DNA of 64,000 nt from Callorhinchus milii. Taxonomy: Eukaryota. The translations under genes were made by a program, and so were the position numbers. Shown here piece after piece: positions 52,851 to 64,000 of the stretch. The stretch covers positions 62,622,001 through 62,686,000 of the forward strand of contig NW_024704743.1 of assembly GCF_018977255.1 (NCBI RefSeq). Direction: 5' to 3'. The notes under the pieces are model-generated. The model had not been told where the DNA came from and did no database searches. It saw nothing but the letters and a program-made list of their open reading frames with translations. Numbering within the stretch: position 1 is the first letter of the stretch; every line of letters begins with the position of its first letter.

Positions 52851-55800
52851 TGCAGCAAACTTCATTCCTCAACTTTACCCTGGTTTACACTGTTAATCAG
52901 GCTCAGATTGCTGAAGTAAAAAGCACTCGATCACTGAAGTAAGGTATGCTTCTCGACTATTAGGTTTCTGTTTCAAACTGACATTGACTTGTAATATTAG
53001 ATGGATAGCTTTTAATATCAGAATTAAAATGGTCTTTGTTGAAATAACTAAGAAAGACTGTAAAAAATATTATCAAATAAACAAGCCGGAGATTTTGTTT
53101 TATACAGGGCAATATTTAGGAAAGCATCCAGGAAAATAACACCTACATTTCTCATGACAATATCAGCAGTGTACTGTATAAGGCTGGAGGACGTGACAGA
53201 AGCATAGGGAGACACAACTCAGACCATTCTTGCAATGTGAGATTGATTTCCCTCTCACTATACTTGTAAGGACAAAGGTTTTGCAGAATAAGCATCTTTG
53301 AGATTTTGTTCACATCTTCAGAGCAGGCAGCTAAAATTATTGATGAAAGATCCCATTGACTTCCAGATAAAAATCTAAGAAGTGATCTAAATAAGGGGCA
53401 CAATTCTGCTGCTATTCCTTCAATTCAAGTAAACACAGAGTTCTCATAGAACAAGTACACCGTACAATGCTTAAATTATAGGGAGAACTGCATCTATTTA
53501 ATTCTTGAGATGAAAGCTTGACCACTGGGAGCACTAGGAGCATAATTGCAAGTCCCAAAGTAAATCAAGCATTCAGCGTTTAAACTGGAAAAGGCAATCG
53601 TATTCTTATGCTTTTGAACCTCATTGATGTGGCAGAACAATCGGTGGGTTGTGATGAGTTTGTTACAGTATTTAACTAGAGATCCTCTGAGAGCTGCTGA
53701 ACTGACTGCATCTATTTCACTGTTACTAAGTACACATGCAGCCAGGAGAAGATCTATTACTTTCATTGCTTGCTAACTCCCAGCATCATACTTTGCACAT
53801 GAAATGGGAGAATGGCTTAATTTAAGTGAAGTATTCATTAGTCTTCAATATTTTATATTAAAAAAAGATTGTGGTCTTAGCACTAGAACTATGAAGCTCA
53901 TGATAATTCTATGAAAAGATTGTAAGCAGGAGGATTTTGGAAATCATTCAAAATCTGGTTCTCAATGAAATGTGAAGACTGCAGGACAAGAGCTATCAAA
54001 TATCACTGCAAACGAGAGCAGTAAAAATAAATCACTAATGTAAGTCACTGAATGATGATAGCCTGCACAGTATAACTGATGATTGTTTGTGTTGATTTGG
54101 TCCATTCAATAGTTATTTAGATTAACCACTAAGTGGTTAAACCTGCATTAAAAACTCCAATTAAAGAGTTGGATGACAGTGAAAATTATGAGATGTAGGC
54201 ACCCATACATCATTCGCTATACAGCACACATGTGATTTGTGTGCAGGCAGCCCCCTCTAGCATCACTTCCTATGCATCAACATTATCCATGCCGCCAGAG
54301 AGCAGAACACAGGAAGTGATGTCCAGCCCCACTGAGCAACCGACATTAGGAAGAGATTCTGTCCTTTTCTGATTGTTTTGAAACACAGCCCCCATTTTCA
54401 GCATAGTCCTGCATCTAAAAATGTTTTAGAGTGGCAAATCAGTCACATGCACAGACAATTCGTAACATGAAGAGTCATCTGTGAAAGGATTTTTAAAGTT
54501 ATCCATGTGACAACTAATAAGACGGACAAAATCAGAGTAAGGCAAGTCGCATGTAAGGACTGGTGCAAATCCAGCAAGCCTCGTTAAAGTTAGTCAGATG
54601 AGAATTTGGGATTTGTGAACTCATTGCTTCTGGAAGATCTGTCAGAAACATTGATTTCGGAGCATGCCTGTTAGCAACAGAAATCTAGAGTCTGATTAAA
54701 GGAGATCAATCGTTTCTCCAATTCTGAAAAAAATCTCATTATGTTTTATTAAATTACTGAGATGACACGTCGGTATTCACAGCACACCGACAGATTCAGA
54801 CTCAACATACCCATTTGGAAAACAGAGCACTTAAAATAAATTATTTTTGTGAAGTTTTGGGGATTTAATTTGCCTATCCTCCACTTTTAAAATTACACCT
54901 ATGCTACTCACTAATTTCTTTGCCAAGGAACCCACTGATACCTCTCCCTAATCACGTATTACAAGCTGCTGAGGTTCACTCAATCCCAATTTCCCATGGC
55001 CACAAACACCACAGTATTTCCCCTATTCAATACACAGTGGTGCAAATGTTAGGGGGCATCCAGATTGGCAAAAGGTCAATCACCAAGCCACTTCTTCTAT
55101 AGTTGTTTTTTTTCAAATCATAAATGCAGCATTTGACCTCAAGCATCACTCACAGGGAATCAAAAATGCTGAAAATGAAATGTTGCACGTTACCCATTTT
55201 TTGTCACTAGATGTCACTGGAGGACTTTACAGACAACACTTTGGCCACATCTCATAAGTTTCTGGAAACAATAAGAAGGGGGTACACTGTACACCATATA
55301 AATTGTTCTAACATGCTGGGTCACGCAGCTATAAGGTAAAGCATTTGTTGACAATTCCCCAAACACCAAATTTCCTCATTTAGTTTTGGTCAGCTGGGTA
55401 TCTTCGACACATGCATTGCCATGCTGACACTCCAATGCAGTATTGGGGGCGTTTTACATTATCAGTGGTGCCATCTTTCAGATGAGACATTAAACCGAGG
55501 TCCCATCTGCCTGTTCAAGTAGACATTAAAGATCCCAAGGCACAATTTGAAAGAGAAGGGAATTTCTCCTGGTGTCCGAGCCAACATTCCCCCAGATAAA
55601 ATTGGTTACTCACATCATGGCTGTTTGTGGGGCACTGCTGTGTGCAAACTGCCTGCCACATATACACAGTCACTTCACCTCACAGTAAATCCTGTAAAGC
55701 GCTTTTAGACCTCCTTCTGACATGAAAGGCACTGTGCAAATGCATGGGTTATTATTATTATATTGAGTATTTAAACCAGACTCAGTGATATATATTTTTG

Positions 55801-56362
55801 CCACTTACACATGGGAATTTCCCCCTAGAATGGAATGTGCCCTTTATCCCTGGAGGGACACACCCTGTTTAACTAATTCCAGAGATTATTATGCACAGTT
55901 TGGTAAGGTTTAGGATCCAAGTGTGCATTTGGGCACTCCTGGAGTTTAGCTAGCTAAAACTGCAAAGCTTGCAATTGAGAACACTGTTTGGCAAGCTTCT
56001 GCTGTTTGTCCAGCTAGGGGCCCCCAACCCATTAGGGATTTGGCTTGCAGAGCTAACAGGAGCTGAGTGGGAAGAATTCCTGCCACCAATCTGCCTTTCC
56101 CAATTCTGCTGATGAACTGAGCTGGCTGATCTGCCATCAGCAGTGCACTGGAGTACTGCGAGCCTGCCTGGCTCAGGACTCTAAGACTGCCACAGAGGGC
56201 TGGCTCAGTTCCAACATTCAATCATCAAGCACTTCACCCTGTAGCCAGTTCAGCTGCAAGGGAATTTTGCTTATCTCCTCACTAAGAAGGATAGTCACTA
56301 GCTTGCCAATTGACATCCGTTGGGAGGACATTTCAAAGCACTTCACAGGATATACTATGAAG

Positions 56363-56528
56363 CATTGGTGGCCAACCTGTGGCCCGTGGGACGGAAGTGG
56401 CCTATCGGGCTGTCAAGAACCCCCAATTTCCACCCCACACCGAACATTCGCATGAGTCCAGATGAGTCCGTATTCAATTGATAGTGTATTTCCATTTTTT
56501 TCTTGATTGAAAAGGTTGGCCACCACTG
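56363..56528. mobile_element. hAT-type MITE (166 bp) nested in a Deu-SINE
   Basis: Terminal inverted repeats CATTGGTGGCCAACCT / AGGTTGGCCACCACTG. Flanked by degenerate 8-bp duplications ctatgaag / caataaag, which correspond to the host SINE consensus ctgtaaag. Confidence 0.8.
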
Positions 56529-56874
56529 CAATAAAGTGCAGTGACTGTGTATTTTGTAGGCGAATGCAGCAGCCAATTTACTCACAGAAGTGTCCCACAA
56601 ACAGCCATTATGGGAATGACCAATTTTATTTGAGGGATTGTTAGCCAGGACACACTCCCTACTGACCAAAACATCAAGATAAACACGTTTTTGTGTTTTT
56701 TAAAAGCTTCACGGGATTCTTAAAACACCCCCAGAAATATATTGAAAAGAAAAATAAGATAAAACAACAGGAATGAACATCTGAGCACCATATGCCTAAG
56801 GCAAGATGTAGCTTTTTTTATTTTCTCATCCTCCCTTTGTTAAAAGCATTTTAATTATAAACGATTAATTGTAC

Positions 56875-57577
56875 CTTCTCCATGCCTTCTGTATCACTGT
56901 AGCTGCCTGGTTCTTCTTTCGAAAAAGCTCCTTTCTAATTCTCTCCTTTTCCACTAATCGTAACCGGACTTCCAATGGAATAAGCTGAATATTTAAATTG
57001 TGTCTCTTCACGGAAATGTGAGGGTTGTCTTCTGTGAAAAGAGATTGAGAAATGCTCATTCTGTCTTGTGCACTTTCGTTGGTACCATTTAGGTAATCAT
57101 TGGCTGGTATGTTTGGTGTAGAACTGTCAAGAACAGGAACATTAATGTCAGAAGTCTGGTTACCATTATGCATGGTAAAGTCAGCAGTATCAACACTATT
57201 TAGGACAACAGGTTTTGCACTTCCAGGCCGGCTGGAGCCAGCAGGTGAGAACCGACCACACTTCAGTCCTGTATCAGGTCCTCCAAGTCCTCGTGGTATT
57301 CCTGGTATATGGTATCCATTTTCCATTGATGGTGATGCACTTGGCGGTTTGACCATTTTTTTCATTGTGCTGGCTGACCTAAACCCAGCACGTTTGGGAT
57401 TCCTGCCTTTGAGTCTATTAGTAGTTTTGGAGAGTGTTCTTTCACTCCCAGTCCTATCACTTCCACTTTCTGAAGGAATCAACTGTCTTGAAGAATGCGG
57501 TTGAACAGAGGTGTTTTCTGCACAGGTGGGTTGGTGATCAACGATACAACTGCTCTTGGAGTAACTTCTGGGTCGCT
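56875..57577 (-). CDS. INVS: Inversin large coding exon with D-box 2 and most of IQ motif 2
   Basis: Minus strand aatttAG|AG CGA CCC..., open for 703 bp, ending IQLIPLEVRLRLVEKERIRKELFRKKNQAATVIQKAWR. Donor GTacaa. Matches inversin RKELFRKKNKAAAVIQRAWRSY. Confidence 0.93.
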
Positions 57578-59104
57578 CTAAATTAATGACAAATTAACTT
57601 TGTTTTAAAACCTCAATGATAGTTTATTACATTTTTGTAAAAGTATCACTAACTACAATACAATAAAAATGACAAGTAGAATACTTTCGAAAAGGGAAGC
57701 TAAACCTATTCATGAACAAATGTGACCGATGCTGCTACTGCTAGGAAGAAAGACAAACACTCACTGAATCATAGTCATTTTTTTTAACACAAAGATTAAG
57801 AATGCGAGAGTGCTCAGTGCTGGGAAGAACAACACTCTGGCACTCAATGTCAGCTTTACCACCTCCAGGTAAGGTATTGCATTGGTCAGATGGCCAAACA
57901 ACATAACAACAACAACTTGCATTTATATAAGTCCTTCACCCAGGGTGGGGTCTCGAAACGCTTAAAATGTGGTTGACATTAGAATACAGCCTATACCCAT
58001 TGCACCGATGTGGCAATTCTATAGGGTGTCAGCAATCCACCCTTGTAGTCTTGTAGCTCAGTGGTTAGAGCACTCGCTTTGCAAGTGAGAGACCTGAGTT
58101 CAATTCCAGGGAGGTCAGGGGGAAACCTTGGGCAAGTTTCCTTACTCCACACACCTAATAATAATCCCTCCAAAACAAAACAATAATAAATTGGTCATTT
58201 TCAATCCACGACTGTTTGTGGAACATTGCTGTGCGCAATTGGCTTCCGCGTTTGCCCACAAATATACAGTCAATTCATTTTACAGTGTGTTCTGTGAAGC
58301 GCTTTGGGACGTCCTCCCGACGTGAAAAGCGCTATATCAAATGCAAGGATTATTATTATTATTATTATTTATTATATGGTCACTTTGAGTGTGATTTACT
58401 ATTCAGTGTTAATTGATGGTAAATTGTGGACAAATTTGTCTTGGTGCCTCATATCAAATAGATACTAGAATGAACCTGCCTGAACCCATTTCATACAGAC
58501 AGAGAGGCGAGACATTCAACCTACTAGAAAAGGCCAGACAACTTTTAAACTCAGGTTCCAAATCGTAAGAAGGCAGCTTTCTAACCCGTGATACCACCCA
58601 GCCACAGATTTAATTTTCATCTGAACCAAATATATGTGTTACAGTTGAAACAGATGATCCCCAGATCGAACACAAATACTATGTCACAAAAAATAGGGCA
58701 CCAAGTCATTAAAAGAAAATATGTTAACACTAGTCGGTTGTCTGTTAAGGTTTCCCTCAAGGAACATGTTTTACTGCACAATTGCAACACTGTTTACATA
58801 TGGGCTTTTCACAGTTATGAAAGCTCTTCAAACTTACTGTTACTAGTGCAAGATACACAACTGAAATACACATGTATAATATTTAGTTCAAACACAAGAT
58901 TTTCAAACGAACCCCTTGACACTTTATTTTCACCTCCTCTTCAGAGGGTGTAATGCATGCTGGTGTATGGTTCTACAGGCACAGAACACCATTTAGTATC
59001 TTGCCTTAAGTGGCTATTTTTCATGTGTGAGTCTACATTGTGAATGTTGGCTGGCCATTAGGTACCCGATATAAGGAAAGACTGCTGTACTTGGAATTGT
59101 TCAC

Positions 59105-59438
59105 ATTNAAAAGAAGACAAAAGGAAGGTCTTATTAAAGTATTCAAGATCTTATAAGGATATAGACAATATGTTTAACATGGACAAAATTCTAGAATCAG
59201 ACCCAAAAAGAAAAGGTGATCAGACACTTCTAATTACTTTACACGAGTGGTGAATATTTGAATAAACTAGTTAGCAAAGTGGTGAAGGCAGATTGTGTCA
59301 ACTAATTAACGAAAGAACTAGTTAGTTGTTTGACAAAAGTATTCATTTAAATTTATGATTTTTTTAATAAACAAAATTGTACTTTGGAACCAGCTAGATG
59401 GACCAATAGTCTTTTCTTATGCCATCATTCCCATGTTT
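59105..59438 (+). mobile_element. Decayed CR1 3' end inserted in an older SINE-like repeat
   Basis: cttattaaagtattcaagatc...tttacacgagtggtgaatatttgaa...gctagatggaccaatagtcttttc. Contains one ambiguous base (n) at 59108. Confidence 0.65.
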
Positions 59439-59662
59439 CAACCACATCCAAATATCCACTTCCTATCGATGATCCGGAACAGGAAATCTTGCTGATATCC
59501 CCTTCCTTTCTCAGTGACCCTGATGCTATTTAGATCAGTTAACTCAGTACAGATCTAGGACCCATTTCTGGCTGATTTGCACACTCAGCATTAGTTTTAT
59601 TAACTGAGCTATCAGGCCATTTTTTTCTAACTTCTCTGAAGCATCCAAATGAAAACCTGAAC

Positions 59663-60461
59663 AGAATGATCAATTTCTATCTGGGAAATTGGATTCTCAG
59701 TTTTCAGTTAGTTACCATGGGCACAATATCCAACAATGAACAGCAAATTGTTGTCTAAAATTATTGTGATAAAAGTTATTTATCAGACTGATTTCCACAT
59801 GTGTAGATTTAGAGAAGGGTCAAGCATTATTCTTACATACCATGTATACCCAAACATTCTGATGCACAATGCAGGTACAACACATTGTCTATCAGATCCC
59901 AGGTTATAACCTGGGCTATAGAAAAGTACGGCTGCAACTGTTCCGCTGAATCTGCTAAAGCGCCACCCTCCACTACAAATCGCTAAAAACTCTAAAAATG
60001 CAATGTGTTTGGCCCTAGGCTTCTGCACGCAGCTGCCACCTGTTTACTCAATGTCCTCTGTGCGTTTCCTGGACAGAGGGAGTTGCCTCTGCACCTCCTC
60101 CAAGCCCTCAACATCATTCCTGAAATGAGATGCCCCAAACTGAATGGAGTACTCCAGTTGTGGCCTACCAATGATTTGTACAAACTCAGCATTATTGCAT
60201 TGCCTTTATAATCTATGCCCCGATGTATAAAACCCAGAATATTATTACTTTTTTTGTATAGGCCTTTACACTTGCGCTGCTACTTTCAAGGAATGATGTA
60301 CCTGCGCTCCCAAGTCCTCTGCTCTGTGCAAGACATTGCCATTCAATATATATTCCTTTCCCTAGTTTTTTTCTAGGGAAGAATGATCAATTTCTATCTG
60401 GGAAATTGGATTCTCAGTTGTCAGTTAGTTACCATGGGCACAATATACAACATTGAACAGC
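59663..60461 (+). repeat. 82-bp dispersed direct repeat (59663-59744 and 60380-60461)
   Basis: agaatgatcaatttctatctgggaaattggattctcagtt.tcagttagttaccatgggcacaatat.caaca.tgaacagc occurs twice with 3 mismatches. Confidence 0.95.
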
Positions 60462-60575
60462 TCAAAATGCATCACCTCACATTTCACTTAATTAAACTTC
60501 ATCTGCCACTGATCTGCCCATTTTGCCAATCTATTTAAGTGCTTCTCCAGTCTCTTGCCATCTTCCTCACTGTTG
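60070..60575 (-). mobile_element. CR1 ORF2 fragment
   Basis: LSLYKSLVGHNWSTPFS (frameshifted LYKSLVRP.LEY.VQFW) and gtgaggtgatgcattttg (C.VMHF) on the minus strand. Confidence 0.8.
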
Positions 60576-60776
60576 TTTCTAATTTATTAATCTATACCTT
60601 GATTTTTGTAAGGTACAAACATAAGCACACGTGCAAATATATTTTTAAAAATTACATTGCTGGACAGCCTGCTTTTTCCTCAGTTTTCCTCAAGTAGTAT
60701 TTAACTTAATCATTTATTTTCAATACTCCAGGTCTGTGCATTTGTGTATAAGTTATGTGTAACAAAGTGACCTTAC

Positions 60777-61099
60777 CTTTTTTCCTTTTCGTCTCCCCTG
60801 TCTCAGTTTCTGCAGTTGGAGGTCGACTCTGAGTGGTGCCTGTAGTCTCGAGAGATCGAAGTGGAGATTCTGTGCCAGATGTTTGCTGAGATCGGCTTTT
60901 AAATAGTCTGTTGGATTCGGTCCCTATTCTCAGCTCCAATTGGTCACATTCTGAAGTGGAGCTGCAAAAGTTTTTCCTATTCAGAGGAGGGCAGACAAGC
61001 TCCAGATTCCCAGGTGGTTTCTCTGCATCCAATTGGGATTCTAAACTCCTTTTTTCCTTCTGAAGCGCTGCCTCTTTCCTTTTCTCTTCTCCACGCTTC
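60777..61099 (-). CDS. INVS: Inversin coding exon after IQ1 (basic/coiled-coil region)
   Basis: Minus strand ttgaAG|G AAG CGT GGA GAA GAG AAA AGG AAA GAG GCA..., i.e. KRGEEKRKEA (cf. inversin KREEENKRKEA). Open for 323 bp to donor GTaagg and in phase with the next exon. Confidence 0.88.
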
Positions 61100-64000
61100 C
61101 TTCAATAAATAGACAAGAAGAAAAACTATGATTTTTTTTTTCCCCTTCCCTTACTGCCTCCTGCTGAAGGTGTTCCACAGGTGCTACATCAAAGGGATTA
61201 TTCTAACTGACCTAAGTGAACCAGGCAGTGAGTGTCATTCCTTCCTGTGTTCTTACCAATATTCATCAACGTTTCAGCAGGGGATACTGAAATGCACTCT
61301 GGCTGATTTTTCCACTCTCCAACCTAGGGATGCTGATGTGAACTATTGCTTCCATATTGCTGAACTAGAGATTGGCTAACTCAGCACATGCCAATGATAA
61401 AACCTGGCACCTTCTTGGACTCAGTATTACACCAGTTACTGCATTAATCCACAAACAATGAAAACATGTGGTTTAAAGAACAAAATAGATAGCAGAGCAG
61501 TCAAAGGATAGTTTTAACAATTTGATATGTCTTTGATCAAATGTCAAAGCACTTTAATAATCAAAGATATTACATACGCATTTCCTATACTGTCAGAAAG
61601 GACTATATAAAACAACATAGTGAATTAATGTACATGTGTGTTTGGGGAATGAAATCTTCACTGTAAAAGACCAATTATTCTCCAAACAGATTAAATCAAA
61701 TTAACCAATGCAATGTTTGAAAGTGAATCGATTCAGTCTGAAAACATTAAATCTAGTAAACCGAAGATGTGGAGCACTTCAGTTTCCACACTTGGTTATA
61801 TAACCCATCATCATAAAAAGTGCAATGCAAATATTTAATTTTCTGGCCACATGCCATATTAAAAGAGAATCAACAAGATTGAATTAATACAGAAGAGTCA
61901 TGCATAATTGATGTTAAACCATGTCTATGAACCTCCAATCTCGGTCTGCGCTACATTTTACACAGCACAGTTCTTTGACTGCACTGCAGGAGGTATGTGC
62001 TTGCTAATACATTTGGAAAAAAAAGCATACACATCGCAATTTAATAGGTGTGCTTCTGCCTTTAGTACTCTATAGCATTTCTTGCAATTCATCACTGACA
62101 GATGGTATGTGTCATTATGTAGAATTCTGTTGTCCTGGCGAATGATTGATTAATGCTGGTATATCGTATTTCGACTGTCACCACATTAGCACAAACCACA
62201 GCAAATGACAACCTACTTATGTAATGTGTCACCACCATTTCCCAAGATCCATGTCAATGACAGCTGATGTCAGTTCAGTGTTACCTGTCAAGGCAGAGTC
62301 CAAACTTTATCTGTCATTGCTATCTGATCTTACCTTCTCCATGGAGGGGGACAATTAAATCTTGGTATCTTGATACCAGCCAATTGATCTCAACTTGGGT
62401 GTCTGGCAGTTGATGCCGTCCACCAGTCCCTGTGGTTCTGATCAGAATGTCTGCCGTTATACAAACTATTGACCCGATACAAACAGATTGCGATTGTCCT
62501 TCCCATTGATATGGAGGGTAGACTCGCAAGCTTGATCTCTTTTTTGTCTATCAGTGAAATCAATCTCCAGTACTTCCAAATGAGTCTTCAAATTGAGACA
62601 GAAACAAAAAGCCTGAAGCTAAATGGATTCCACACGAAAAGATAATGCATAAATAACAAGACCAACCTATGAACATTATCTCATTTGGCATGAGCTAAAT
62701 ATAGTAATGAAAGATAATTACCCATAACAAATGCTCACATTGAATACACTACTGTTTAAGCCAAACAAGGCCACAAACTAATCACCCGACAAGCTGATAT
62801 CAATTTTGGATTGAAAGTGGTCTGAGAATCTGGTTCCTCATAAAATTCGACTTGTGTGAGCTTCCCACAAACCTTTCAGCTGTCAGTCAGCTGTCTTTGC
62901 TTCGAGAGCTCTGTAGCACAGATCAGTGTAACAAGATGCTAACTATCGCTTTGCCAGCTGCCAGATATTGCCCCTTCCACTCTCCCCAAAAATACTACAC
63001 AGAGAAAAATGATTGCAAATTGGAACAAAAATGAGTATGAAAGGTAAAGTATTGAGTTCCAAGTCCCAATGTTCAATATAGTTAAGATGTAGGTTTGCAC
63101 TTGCCATTCCTGCATGATGATTTCTTATCACTTACCTGAACAGGAAAATAAAGACCTCGGTTTGTTACATACAAAAGACAGCCCTTTGATAATATAAGGC
63201 TGCTGCCCCCCAATACTCCACTGCAGTGTCAGCTTGGACTATTGGGTCTAAATTCCATGCAATTCTCTATCAACAATACAATTTGAAATTAAGGGAATTT
63301 GGGGGAAAATGTAATATGTATTTCATTAAGATACACACATTAAATTCCAAAGACATTTTTCGCAGTGCAAAAACTTCCACATTATTAGGGTAAAATACTA
63401 AATGGGTTCTCATTAACAGGTGAGGTTCAGACCAACATTATTTTCTAATTTAAATTATTTTCTGAGGCATTTAACACCAATGTTAATATAAGCTTGCAGG
63501 CTACTCTCCCCTTATCAATAGATTTATTTTTCAATTCAGAACAACGAGATTCTTTATTCCCACTGAGAAGCCTTTGCAATGTAGAGTTTACGACCTCAAA
63601 ATCAAGCTACTATTGATAACACTGTTTCATTACCTAAGTTTTAATATGTATGACATATTCAGATACTAGTTCACAATTTGTTAGACACGTGAGGGGGAGG
63701 GGGTGATATGCTGAGTCTTTGTTCAAACTACCGATTTCTGTAAGTAGCCATTTTGGAGGGCTGCTAGAGCTTTGAGAAAGCATCTGCATGACTCGATCAA
63801 AAAAGACCAGAGCGAATACTCTCTTTTGACACAATGCACCTAATGAAAATGCCTCAACAACAAAGCAATGAAATTATATTTAAGTGTGTGCTGGCTGTTT
63901 TGTTGGAGGCAATAGAAAAAATAATTGACCCTCTTGGTAGGCCAAGACTTTCTTTCAAAATGTTCGGCGTCACTCAGGGTCTAACGGCTACTTCTAGTGC

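Noticed and set aside
57100..57504. 134-aa + strand ORF
   Set aside because: Antisense shadow of the large INVS exon, with no independent coding evidence.
62334..62585. Exon-like segment on the minus strand (acceptors at 62585 or 62547, donor G|GTAAG at 62334) upstream of the INVS 61099 exon
   Set aside because: In the phase needed to join INVS it contains a TGA stop (252-bp form) or shifts frame (214-bp form), and it has no similarity to inversin. At most a cryptic or poison exon.

Overview
Eukaryotic (vertebrate) genomic DNA. The repeat content suggests a cartilaginous fish, possibly a holocephalan; this is inference. The window holds the 3' parts of two convergent genes. TEX10 lies on the + strand: its last 8 coding exons span 245-29108, all GT-AG and phase-consistent, ending ...SLPVTY*. 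INVS (inversin) lies on the - strand: its last 5 coding exons run 61099 to 31241 and include the second D-box and second IQ motif. Their 3' UTRs appear to meet in a cluster of poly(A) signals on both strands near 29.73-29.94 kb. Introns are dense with decayed retroelements: CR1 and L2 LINE fragments, a young tRNA-headed SINE with a (TTA)n tail, Deu-domain SINEs, other old SINE-like repeats and Penelope termini. There is also a Helitron-like 5' fragment and a hAT-type MITE. Most ORFs in the track are spurious or TE-derived. I found no clearly novel multi-gene system. The more interesting observations are a templated 82-bp insertion with a snap-back junction, a possible third IQ motif and a possible alternative last exon in INVS, an antisense SINE bias that flips at the gene boundary, and a Helitron/Penelope composite with hammerhead-like relics. 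Repeat boundaries are approximate. Homology calls are from memory of the families, not from database searches.
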